A stretch of 64,000 bases of DNA from Vicinamibacteria bacterium (lineage in GTDB: Bacteria > Acidobacteriota > Vicinamibacteria > Marinacidobacterales > Marinacidobacteraceae). The notes under the pieces are model-generated. The model did not search any database, was not told the origin of the DNA, and saw only the letters and a program-made list of their open reading frames with translations. Of this stretch, positions 21,456 through 29,796 are shown in pieces; positions within the stretch are counted from its first letter, which is position 1, and each line of letters starts with the position of its first letter. The stretch spans positions 2,016,001 to 2,080,000 of the forward strand of contig OZ219816.1 in NCBI GenBank assembly GCA_964291235.2, read 5' to 3'. Position numbers and translations under genes: made by a program.

Positions 21456-22049
21456 GTGTCCTGCGCGGGTGTCGCCGCGGTCTCTTTCGACGTGGACGGC
21501 ACTCTCTTTTCCGACCGCTTTCTCAGGATCGAGGTCGCGCTGGAGGCCATCCGGCGGGGTTCACCCGGGCCCCTCCTCGAACTCGGTCGGCTTGCCCGGC
21601 GCGCCGAATCCTCCCGGCGCGCCGGCGCTCTCGACCCTGCCTGGGAGTCTGACCGTCCCGGCCGTCTCGAAGCGGAGGATCGTCTGCTGCTTCCGGTCAT
21701 CCGGCGCCGGGGGCCCCGGGCCGGCGCCGCCGGCCTCCTGGCCCGCCTCCGTCCCCGCCCCGTCATCGCCGTCTCGGACTTCGTCGCGGAAGCCAAGCTG
21801 CGGGCGCTCGGCCTCCGCGACCGTTTCGATCACACCTACGCCGCCGAGGCCCATGGCGCCCTGAAGCCCGATCCCCGGGTCTTTCACGCCGCCCTCGCCG
21901 ACCTCCGCATCCTGCCGGCCGCCCTTCTCCACATCGGCAACCGGCCGGACACCGACGGAGAAGCCGCCCGCGCCGCCGGCTGCCGCGTCCTCATCCTGGG
22001 CGCCGACATTGCGTCGCTCGGCGAGGTCGAGAACCTGCTCGAACCCTGA
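21456..22049 (+). CDS. HAD-superfamily hydrolase
   Basis: FDVDGTL motif I, KPDP motif III, HIGNRPDTD motif IV. Confidence 0.8.
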   Translation: MSCAGVAAVSFDVDGTLFSDRFLRIEVALEAIRRGSPGPLLELGRLARRAESSRRAGALDPAWESDRPGRLEAEDRLLLPVIRRRGPRAGAAGLLARLRPRPVIAVSDFVAEAKLRALGLRDRFDHTYAAEAHGALKPDPRVFHAALADLRILPAALLHIGNRPDTDGEAARAAGCRVLILGADIASLGEVENLLEP

Positions 22050-22150
22050 GTCCAGGCGGCCCCTGGCAGCGAAAGCTCGCGAATCCGGACACAATGGGAC
22101 GGTGGCGCGCCGGCCGGCCGCCGCCCCAACCCTCCGAGGAGGTGCTGTCA

Positions 22151-23296
22151 ATGAAGATCGAACCGGTGGTAATGACCACTCTCGCCGCCGCCGGGTTCGC
22201 CCTGCTGTCCGGCTGCGCGGGCGAGCCTCCGGACCGGATGGAGCCCGCGTCCCCGGGACCGGCGGTCAAGGGCGGCGACGACCGGACCGGCGAGTACGAC
22301 CCGGTCCCCGGCTGGTGGAAACCCGCGCCGGACCATGTGGAACCCTGGGTCTGGGGACAGGTTTCGGGGGTGGCGGTGGACACCCCGGACCGGATCCTCG
22401 TGGGCATCTGGGGCGACCGGGATGCCGAGGGCCGCGAGCGCGAGGGGAGCACCAACTACGTTGTCGCCGTGGACCGGGACGGCAACATCACCGAGAACTG
22501 GTCCCAATGGGACTCGATCTTCAACAAGCCCCACCAGCTCTACATCAGTCCCTACGACCCCGAGCGCCACGTCTGGATCGTGGAGCGCGGGGGCGGCAAG
22601 AACGTCCACATGCAGATCCTCAAGTTCTCGAACGACGGGAGCGAACTGGTGATGCAGCTCGTAGATCCGGATCACCCCACCACCCGGGCGGAGGCGCGCG
22701 CCAACCCGAACCCGGGCCCCTTCGAGTACGGCGATCCCGCGGTGATGGCGTTCCTGCCGAACGGCGACTTTCTGGTCGGTGACGGCTACTGGCACTCACG
22801 GATCATCAAGTACAACGCGGAGGGCGAGCACCTGATGGAGTGGGGCGAACTTGGAAGCGGTCCGGGACAGTTCGACCTGGTTCACGGGCTGGCGGTGGAC
22901 CGGAACCGCCGCGTTTACGTCGGAGATCGCTCCAACGACCGGGTCCAGATCTTCACCGAGGACGGCGAGTACATCGACGAGTGGCCCGACATCTCCGACC
23001 CGGTCGGGGTCTTCATCGACGAGAACGACGCCGTCTGGGTCATCTCCGCGGTGCTGAACCGCATCCTGAAGTACAGCCCGGACGGGGAACTCCAATACCA
23101 CCTGGGCGCCTACGGGGGCACCCGGGGCGGCTTCCCCGGCGGCCTGTCGCGGCCGCACCAGATCGATGTGGACGAGGAGGGCAACCTCTACATCGCAAGT
23201 TGGGACGGGGGTTGGATGGACAAGTTCATTCCCAAGCCGGACGCGGATCCGACCAAACTGGTGGGAAGAGGGCTGGTTCTGGAGAACCCGGAATGA
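22151..23296 (+). CDS. Second NHL-repeat beta-propeller lipoprotein (PAL-like)
   Basis: GAGGAGG RBS, LSGC lipobox, VGDGYWHSRIIKY, GQFDLVHG..YVGDRSNDRVQ. Confidence 0.85.
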   Translation: MKIEPVVMTTLAAAGFALLSGCAGEPPDRMEPASPGPAVKGGDDRTGEYDPVPGWWKPAPDHVEPWVWGQVSGVAVDTPDRILVGIWGDRDAEGREREGSTNYVVAVDRDGNITENWSQWDSIFNKPHQLYISPYDPERHVWIVERGGGKNVHMQILKFSNDGSELVMQLVDPDHPTTRAEARANPNPGPFEYGDPAVMAFLPNGDFLVGDGYWHSRIIKYNAEGEHLMEWGELGSGPGQFDLVHGLAVDRNRRVYVGDRSNDRVQIFTEDGEYIDEWPDISDPVGVFIDENDAVWVISAVLNRILKYSPDGELQYHLGAYGGTRGGFPGGLSRPHQIDVDEEGNLYIASWDGGWMDKFIPKPDADPTKLVGRGLVLENPE

Positions 23297-23356
23297 CCTG
23301 ATGTCATTCCCGCTCGCCTGCCGTCACCGGGGAGTCCACCCACCTGGAGTGCCGAC

Positions 23357-24361
23357 ATGACCCGCCAGACATCGATACCGCTGCTGGCCCTGGGGCTCAC
23401 CCTGCTTTGGCCCGCACCGCGCCTCGGCGCCCAGGTCGTGAACGAGGCCGGTGAGGAGATCGTCGCCACCTTCTCGATCGTCGCGCGTGATCCAGCCACC
23501 GGGGAACTGGGCGTGGCCGTGCAGTCGCGGGCGTTTCGCGCCGGCGCCATCGTTTCGTACGCCCGGGCGGGGGTCGGAGCCATCGCGACCCAGGCGGCGG
23601 CGAATCAGACCTACGGACCGCGCGGACTCGAACTCCTGGGGCTGGGGCTTTCGCCCGACGAGGTGGTCGAACACCTGACCGGTTCGGACCCGGGGCGTGA
23701 CCGCCGCCAACTCGCCGTCATCGACGACCGGGGACGGGTCCGCGCGTACACCGGATCCGCGACGAGCGCCTGGGCGGGACACCTCGAGGGCGAGAACTAC
23801 TCGGTACAAGGCAACATCCTGGCCGGAGAAGCGGTCGTCGCGGCGATGGCCGAGGCATTCGAGTCGTCCAGCGGGCCTCTCGCACTCCGGCTGATGGACG
23901 CCCTCGATGCCGGCGAGGCCGCCGGGGGCGACGCGCGCGGCAAGCAGGCGGGCGGGGTTTTGGTGGTGAAACCGATCGGCGACTCCGGCCGAACCAACGA
24001 CCGCTGGGTGGACGTACGGGTGGACGACCACGAAGAGCCGTTCAAGGAACTGCGCCGCCTGGTCAACATGTCCGTTTCGCGCATTCACACGCGCGACGCC
24101 CGGACGCTCGCCGCGGCGGGCCGCTTCCCCGAAGCCATTGCCGCGCAGCGGGAAGCCATCGCCATCGTGCCCGGGGAAGATCAGCTCTATTACGGGCTGG
24201 CCCGGCTCTACGCCCGCGCGGGCGACGCCGCGGGTGCGGTAGCGGCGCTCGGCCAAGCCATCGGTATCGACGCGCGCTGGCGCGAACTGGCGGCATCACA
24301 GACCGACTTCGACACCATCCGCGAAAACGCGGCGTTCCAGAGACTGCTTACCAGCCGGTAG
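23357..24361 (+). CDS. DUF1028 (Ntn-hydrolase-like) protein with C-terminal TPR-like helices
   Basis: Signal peptide then ATFSIVARD..GVAVQS, GAIATQA, QGNIL, AGGDARG, DVRVDDH. Confidence 0.88.
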   Translation: MTRQTSIPLLALGLTLLWPAPRLGAQVVNEAGEEIVATFSIVARDPATGELGVAVQSRAFRAGAIVSYARAGVGAIATQAAANQTYGPRGLELLGLGLSPDEVVEHLTGSDPGRDRRQLAVIDDRGRVRAYTGSATSAWAGHLEGENYSVQGNILAGEAVVAAMAEAFESSSGPLALRLMDALDAGEAAGGDARGKQAGGVLVVKPIGDSGRTNDRWVDVRVDDHEEPFKELRRLVNMSVSRIHTRDARTLAAAGRFPEAIAAQREAIAIVPGEDQLYYGLARLYARAGDAAGAVAALGQAIGIDARWRELAASQTDFDTIRENAAFQRLLTSR

Positions 24362-24385
24362 GGAAAACCCGGGAGGAACCCTGTC

Positions 24386-24868
24386 ATGACCCATCGCCAG
24401 ATCCCGCTTCTGTTCGCTCTGACGTTACCCCTGGCCTGCGCCACCGAAACCGCCCCCCAGCAGGAGACTCCCGAGGAGGCTGCCGGGCTGGAGCGGCACT
24501 ACATCAACCCCCGCTCGGCGGCGGATCCCGATGTACCGCCCTTCAGCGGCGGCGTGATGGTGGGCGACACCTTCTACGTCGCGGGAACCATCGGGCTGCT
24601 CCCCGATCAGACGGTGCCCGAGACCGCCCAGGAAGAGGCTCGCCTCGTCATGACCAGTGTGCAAAACACCCTGGAGGCGGCCGGACTGACCATGGACGAC
24701 CTGGTATTCGTGCAGGTCTATTCGTCGGACGTCGCGGACTACGACGCCTTCAACGAGGTGTACCGCACGTTCTTCACCCAGGAATACCCGGCCCGCGCCT
24801 ACCTGGGCTCGGGCACGCTGCTCTTCGGGGCGCGGTTCGAGGTGCTGGGGTTCGCGGCGAAGCGCTAG
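24386..24868 (+). CDS. RidA/YjgF family protein with lipoprotein signal
   Basis: PFS, FNEVY, PARA (catalytic Arg), FEV; N-terminal PLAC lipobox; GGAGG RBS. Confidence 0.88.
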   Translation: MTHRQIPLLFALTLPLACATETAPQQETPEEAAGLERHYINPRSAADPDVPPFSGGVMVGDTFYVAGTIGLLPDQTVPETAQEEARLVMTSVQNTLEAAGLTMDDLVFVQVYSSDVADYDAFNEVYRTFFTQEYPARAYLGSGTLLFGARFEVLGFAAKR

Positions 24869-24884
24869 TTCGGATTTCTCATAC
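24869..24884 (+). repeat. Dispersed motif CGGRTTTCTCATAC (left copy of an inverted pair)
   Basis: TTCGGATTTCTCATAC; inverted copies GTATGAGAAACCCGG at 26782 and 50894. Confidence 0.6.
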
Positions 24885-24972
24885 TTCCGCCGTAGAGATC
24901 GATGCAGGATGGTGCTCCTCTTCGGCGGGAACCCAACTAGCCTTGATGTCGGACAGGCACGGGAGCCCCCTA

Positions 24973-24978
24973 TAGGAT
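24973..24978 (+). promoter_or_regulatory. -10 box (TAGGAT) of the IS110 circle-junction promoter
   Basis: Joining right end to left end at the CC core gives TTGCGT-17 nt-TAGGAT. Confidence 0.7.
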
Positions 24979-24984
24979 CGGCGA

Positions 24985-25180
24985 CGTCCTGCGGGAGCCG
25001 AGATTCGGCTGCCGTTGTATCAACTCAGGTTGGCCAATCCGCCGGGAGTACTAACTGAGCCCCGGTGCCGCGAGCACCTACGGTGGACACGTACCCCGAC
25101 GGATGGCCGTGATGGACGACCAGTGGAGAGTCGGTTCCAATCGAGAACCAGTATAGGGGCTGGACAGCATCGCGGCGCGG
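24985..25180 (+). ncRNA. Predicted IS110 bridge RNA (target-binding loop about 25037-25104, donor-binding loop 25106-25176); exact ends uncertain
   Basis: Two stem / internal loop / hairpin modules carrying GAGCCCC, GGTGG, GTGGAGAGTC and TATAGG, each matching the reconstructed target or donor junction. Confidence 0.82.
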
Positions 25181-25219
25181 CGGACCTCCGGCGGAGCGCA
25201 AGCTCGAAGGAAGACAGCG

Positions 25220-26482
25220 ATGAAGCAGAAGCTGAGCTGGTTCGTGGGCATCGACTGGGGCGAGCAGAGCCACCAGGTGTGCCTGTGCGACAGGCGCGGG
25301 AAGGTGCGCGGGGAGCGCGCCTTCGCGCACAAGGGATCGGGGCTGGCGGCCCTGGTGAAGTGGCTTAGGAAGCAGACGGGTGTGCCGCCGGCGCGGGTGG
25401 CGGTCGCGATCGAGCGGCCGGATGGGGCGGTGGTGGCGACGCTGCTGGAGGCGGGGTTTGCGGTCTATGCGGTGAACCCGCGGCAGACGAGCCACCTGCG
25501 GAAGTTCATCTCCCACCCGGGGCACAAGAACGACCGGCGGGACGCCCGGATGTTGGCCACCACGCTGCAGGCGAGCCTGGCGGGGTTCCGCCTGCTGGTG
25601 CCGCTACCGGGGTTGGTGCTGCGGCTGCGGGAGCGGACCCGGACGGCGGACCGTCTGCTCCAGGAGCAGGTCCGGCAGTGCCTGCGGATCCGGAGTGCGC
25701 TGGTGGACTACTTCCCGCAACTGCTGGAGGTGGCCGGCGAGGCGAAGAACCTGGGGGCTCCGTTCTTCCGGGAGTTGTGGGCTCGGGCTTCTACGCCGGC
25801 GAAAGCGCGGAAGGTGTGGTTGTCCACGTTGGAGAAGCTGGTCCGGCGGTATGGAGTGACCCGGATCAGCGCCGCGCGGATCCAGGCGTTGTTCCGGGAG
25901 CCGGCGCTGGTGATGGCGCCGGGGGCGACCGAGGCGGCGGTGGAGACGATCCGCACGGCGCTCGCACAGTTGGAGGTTGTGCGGGCGGAACTCGTCCGGG
26001 CGGAGGGCCAGATGACCCAACTGCTGGACGAGTTCTCGGAGACGGCGGAGGCCGGGGGTGGTTCGGATGCCACGGGCCCGGATCTGGTGAGCGCGTTGCG
26101 CTCGCGCCCGGGCGCGGGGGACAAGGCGCTGGCCCGGTTGTTCGCCTGGGGCTTCGAGGCGCTCTCGGAGGGGAACTACCGCCGTCTGCGCGCCTACTGT
26201 GGGGTAGCCCCGATCGAGGACCAGTCCGGCAAGTCCGCACAGCTCCGGCAACGGCGCGCCGTTCCCAGTTCGCTGCAACACGCCACCTACATCCTGGCGC
26301 GGGGGGTCGTCCGCTGGGACGAGAAGGTGGCGGCCTACAACCGGAAGTTGAAGGCGGAAGGGAAGCACACGGCCCGGCGCCACCGGAGCATCGCGGATCA
26401 ACAACTCCGGGTGCTGTGCGCGATGGCCCGGAACCGAACCCTCTTTGATCCCAACTTCTCCCAGAAGCGGAGGGCCGCCTAA
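25220..26482 (+). CDS. IS110-family transposase/recombinase
   Basis: RuvC-like DEDD: FVGIDWG, AIE, KNDRRDA; C-terminal PGAG and GVAPIEDQSG catalytic Ser; GAAGGAAG RBS. Confidence 0.96.
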   Translation: MKQKLSWFVGIDWGEQSHQVCLCDRRGKVRGERAFAHKGSGLAALVKWLRKQTGVPPARVAVAIERPDGAVVATLLEAGFAVYAVNPRQTSHLRKFISHPGHKNDRRDARMLATTLQASLAGFRLLVPLPGLVLRLRERTRTADRLLQEQVRQCLRIRSALVDYFPQLLEVAGEAKNLGAPFFRELWARASTPAKARKVWLSTLEKLVRRYGVTRISAARIQALFREPALVMAPGATEAAVETIRTALAQLEVVRAELVRAEGQMTQLLDEFSETAEAGGGSDATGPDLVSALRSRPGAGDKALARLFAWGFEALSEGNYRRLRAYCGVAPIEDQSGKSAQLRQRRAVPSSLQHATYILARGVVRWDEKVAAYNRKLKAEGKHTARRHRSIADQQLRVLCAMARNRTLFDPNFSQKRRAA

Positions 26483-26487
26483 CGCTC

Positions 26488-26493
26488 TTGCGT
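26488..26493 (+). promoter_or_regulatory. Outward-facing -35 box (TTGCGT) in the IS110 right end
   Basis: 5 nt after the transposase stop; spaced 17 nt from TAGGAT in the predicted circle. Confidence 0.65.
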
Positions 26494-26522
26494 TCTCGTG
26501 GAAAGTCCACCAGGAGAACTGG

Positions 26523-26688
26523 GCCGGCCTCCAGGCCGGCACAGCCCGCCGTAGGCGGGCGGCGGGACGGACCTGGCTGGCCGGGATGGCTCCCTCTTTC
26601 GGAGGGACCCCGTGAGCGCGAGTGGCGAGGAACCGCCCGCGGCGCTCCGCGCCGCTGTGCCGACCTGGAGGTCGGCGTTCCCGTGCCT
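26523..26688. repeat. Inverted pair of REP-like palindromes (REPIN/BIME-like)
   Basis: GCCGGCCTCCAGGCCGGCACAGC (26523-26545) and GCTGTGCCGACCTGGAGGTCGGCGTTCCCGTGCCT (26654-26688). Confidence 0.7.
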
Positions 26689-26857
26689 ACCCGCTGTCCG
26701 TGCGGTCGGGGTCAGCGCCTGACGCGTTCTCCCGACATTGTCAACAGGTTGGCGTGATCCGCGCGGCACGTGGGGCCATGAGTATGAGAAACCCGGGCTA
26801 AGACACCCGGGGGCTCGCACCGCCCGGCGGGACCAGCCGGGGAGCCCTTCCCCGCGC

Positions 26858-28432
26858 CTATCCCTCCTCCCAAAGACGCGGATAGAAGGGCTGGAATTTG
26901 AATTGGGAGTCGGGGTCGGCCAGTCCGCCGCCGGAGGCGCGGCGGACGAACTCCGCCGGTTCCAGAGTCGCGGAGCGCACCGCGCCGAGACGGCGGCTCG
27001 CGCGCTTCGCCCGGTACTCCAGATTCTGCCCGGCAAGCAGCTCGTCGAGTCGTTCCGCCAGCCCCGGCGGAAGCGCACCCGACCCGTTTTCCCGCCGAAC
27101 CACGGCGAGTTGGTAGCAGGGAAGCTCCGCTCCGCCTGGATCCCGCGGGAAGATCGCCAGCCAGAATTCCTCGCGCAAGCCGGGATGCTCGGTGTCCAGA
27201 ACCTCGAGAGCACATCCGACCTGTTCGGCGGTGATCTTTTCGCCCGTGAAAGACCAGCCAAGGCCGCGTCGGCCGACAAAGCGCAGATCCGGCAGGCCGG
27301 CGATGAATCTCTCGACCCGAAAGAGATCCCCCGTTGCGTAGCGCCGGAGGCCGAACCGGTGACTCACCACCATCTCGTACGTCGTATCCGGGTTCAGATC
27401 GCGGGCGCCCGACAGGGAAGCCAGCGGTCCCGCCGCGGACGACTCCCGGAACTCGTGAAGGACTCCGGGGGCGGCTGGCAGAAACGCCGTATCCCCCCGG
27501 CGGTAGTCCGGAATGGTCTCGATCGTTTCGGTGGACATCGAAAACATCGGCTCCCGCCGATAGCGCGGCAGGGGAAGACGCCGGTCCAGCCGTTCGAGAA
27601 ACGGCCGCACACTGCCTCCCGTCCAGCACACGTAGGTCGTGAAAGCCGGATTCCAGAGCGCCGCCGGGAGCGGCGACGAGCTTTCCGACACCCGCCGCAG
27701 GCGGGCTGCCGAGCCCCGCGAAGCGAGCCTCCCGAGAATCCGCCGGGCGAACGGAGATACCCCTTTCCCGTCGCGCACGACGTCCCGGACGAGCCTCCGG
27801 GCTGCCTTCCAGTCCGCCTCCAATTCCTCAAGAAAACCGCTCAGCGTGGACGGGTTCGTGGCGTAGAGGATCCCGGGATTCGAGAGCGTGAGCACCAGCA
27901 AGCGCAGCGCGGTGGCCCCGTACCGGTCCTTCAGATCGAGGAAAGCCGGATCCGACTGAGCGCGGTAGGGAGCCTGGAGCAACACGAACCAGGGCGGTGC
28001 GCGGCGCTCGCGGACGAGCAGCCAGCTCAGCGAGCGATCCGGCTCAAGCGCCCCGAAGACGTAAAGGCTGGGACGCCGGATCCGGCGCTCCGCAATGAGG
28101 CGGAGCATCCCGTCCACGAATACGGCGCGGGTCGCTCGCACCCGCTCCGGCGAATACGGGATGCGTTTCGGCTCACCCGCGGTGCCGGAGGTGAGTGCTA
28201 CCGGGGTCCCGCTGCGGTCATCCACCGCCGGCAGCGCAGGAGTGACCGGGGTGGCGGAAGTGATTCCCAGGCGCCTCGGCAGACGTCGTTCGCGATACGG
28301 ATGGAGCCGCAGCCGCGCCCGGTGGCGCAAAACGGCGGCGAGGCCCGCCAGGTGCAGGAGGGCGCCAATGGCCGAGCGACCGAGGTCATTCAGGAAACCT
28401 CGGAAATCGCGCCTCAATGAGGGCGCACCCAA
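26858..28432 (-). CDS. GH3-family acyl-adenylating enzyme (acyl acid-amido synthetase-like)
   Basis: LTSGTAGEPKRIP (motif I), FSMSTE (II), GLRRYATGD (III), FTGEK, NLEYRAKR. Confidence 0.82.
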   Translation of the reverse strand: MGAPSLRRDFRGFLNDLGRSAIGALLHLAGLAAVLRHRARLRLHPYRERRLPRRLGITSATPVTPALPAVDDRSGTPVALTSGTAGEPKRIPYSPERVRATRAVFVDGMLRLIAERRIRRPSLYVFGALEPDRSLSWLLVRERRAPPWFVLLQAPYRAQSDPAFLDLKDRYGATALRLLVLTLSNPGILYATNPSTLSGFLEELEADWKAARRLVRDVVRDGKGVSPFARRILGRLASRGSAARLRRVSESSSPLPAALWNPAFTTYVCWTGGSVRPFLERLDRRLPLPRYRREPMFSMSTETIETIPDYRRGDTAFLPAAPGVLHEFRESSAAGPLASLSGARDLNPDTTYEMVVSHRFGLRRYATGDLFRVERFIAGLPDLRFVGRRGLGWSFTGEKITAEQVGCALEVLDTEHPGLREEFWLAIFPRDPGGAELPCYQLAVVRRENGSGALPPGLAERLDELLAGQNLEYRAKRASRRLGAVRSATLEPAEFVRRASGGGLADPDSQFKFQPFYPRLWEEG

Positions 28433-29796
28433 GGCTCTCCCGAGCGCAGGAACGGCGGATCGGCCAAGGGCGCCACGAAGGCGTTCGCGATGAAGTCGAT
28501 GTCTTCCTCGCGGAGGAGGGCGGGATCCCAGGTGATCGTGACCACGGTCTGGTCGCTCTGAGACATGGCTGCGAAGTAGAGCGGATGCTGGCGGTGCAGG
28601 CAGCCGATCACCTCCATACCCGACACGTCGTTCAGCACCGGGTCGTCATCTCCCGGCCAGTGCTCCAGATGGGTGAAGCCGGCGCTCCCGAAGTCCGCCC
28701 ACGGCCGGTAGAGCCACCGGCGGAGGAACGGCGCCGCGACCGGAAAGAGCGCGGGAGGCACCGGCAGCGCGGGAATGGCCCATTCCCCCTGGCGTTTTTT
28801 CCGGTACACCAGCCGGCGCACCGAGCGGCAGCGCTCGAGAAACATCCGGCTCCTGACGGCGGACAACGGTTCCCGGTGAATCCGGATCCGCGAGGCGCCG
28901 TTTCCGAACCCGCGAAGCCACTCCTGCCGGGTGTTCACCGGCACCCACAAACCGATCCGATCCGCGGCCGCTCCACGATGCTCGTTCCAGGCCGCCAGCG
29001 CATCGAGCGCCGCCGCGAGCAGGCAGTCGTTCCAGCGGAATCCCCCGACCGTCTGCGCCAGGGAGGTAAGCGGCTCGCGCGGCACCTCGAAGGTGCGCCA
29101 GCAGCGGGCCGCCGACGGCGGCCCCGGACGCGTCGCGACGGGAGTGGAGGACCGGGCGCCGGGATTCCGGCGAGCCCCCTTGGGGGCTTCGTGGAGTTTG
29201 AGCGATCCGCGTTGCGGGCGGGGAAGCATCGTGTCGAGGCCGCGCGCCATCCGTAGTTGCCGCTGCACGAAGAGCAGCGTCCCGACGAGGTCGGACGCGG
29301 CATGGTGTACCTGGGTGACGAGGCTCCAGGAAGAGGGATCCCCGATTCCGAGCAACATCTGCCGCAGCGGAGGCCCCGCGGCGAGCGGGAACGGGGCCTC
29401 CAGAAACTCCTGGATCCGGGCAATGCGCTCTCCCTCCGGGAAGACCCGGATCGCGAGAGCGGGAGGCGCCGCGGGCTGCGGTTCCCACCTCGGTATGTCG
29501 AACGGCGGCCGGTACAGCCGGCTCGACGAGACCGGGTACACCAGGCGCGCGCCCTGAGCTCCGCGGTAGAGCGGCTCGAAGTCCGTCAGCGCCTGGGACG
29601 ACTGGCCGAGATCGAGTACGAACGCGAAGTCCAGTGGGCGTTCGGTCGAGTCCGCCAGCAGACACGCCAGGTCCGGCGTCGCGAGCGGGATGCGTCCGGT
29701 CAGGCGGCTTCCGACGGCGTTTCGCGCCAGATGTCGCGCCGGGGGATCCAGCGCCGATCGGGATCGCGCTCGACAAGCTGGTGGAGCTCGATCCAC
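28414..29796 (-). CDS. Stand-alone condensation-domain / CoA-dependent acyltransferase fold protein (true start possibly near 29703)
   Basis: VHHAASDLVG (HHxxxDxxG), RWNDCLLAA, WVPVNTR...FGNG. Confidence 0.72.
   Translation of the reverse strand: MDRAPPACRARSRSALDPPARHLARNAVGSRLTGRIPLATPDLACLLADSTERPLDFAFVLDLGQSSQALTDFEPLYRGAQGARLVYPVSSSRLYRPPFDIPRWEPQPAAPPALAIRVFPEGERIARIQEFLEAPFPLAAGPPLRQMLLGIGDPSSWSLVTQVHHAASDLVGTLLFVQRQLRMARGLDTMLPRPQRGSLKLHEAPKGARRNPGARSSTPVATRPGPPSAARCWRTFEVPREPLTSLAQTVGGFRWNDCLLAAALDALAAWNEHRGAAADRIGLWVPVNTRQEWLRGFGNGASRIRIHREPLSAVRSRMFLERCRSVRRLVYRKKRQGEWAIPALPVPPALFPVAAPFLRRWLYRPWADFGSAGFTHLEHWPGDDDPVLNDVSGMEVIGCLHRQHPLYFAAMSQSDQTVVTITWDPALLREEDIDFIANAFVAPLADPPFLRSGEPWVRPH

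Larger units (their letters stand above)
24969..26508 (+). mobile_element. IS110-family insertion sequence with left-end non-coding region, about 1.54 kb, CC core at both ends
   Basis: DEDD recombinase gene, 250-nt structured 5' region, no terminal inverted repeats; ends defined by guide matches GAGCCC[CC]TATAGG and GTGGAAAGT[CC]ACCAGG. Confidence 0.88.

Noticed and set aside
25015-25525. Small ORFs over the IS110 left end
   Set aside because: No protein features; the region is better explained as structured RNA plus the transposase
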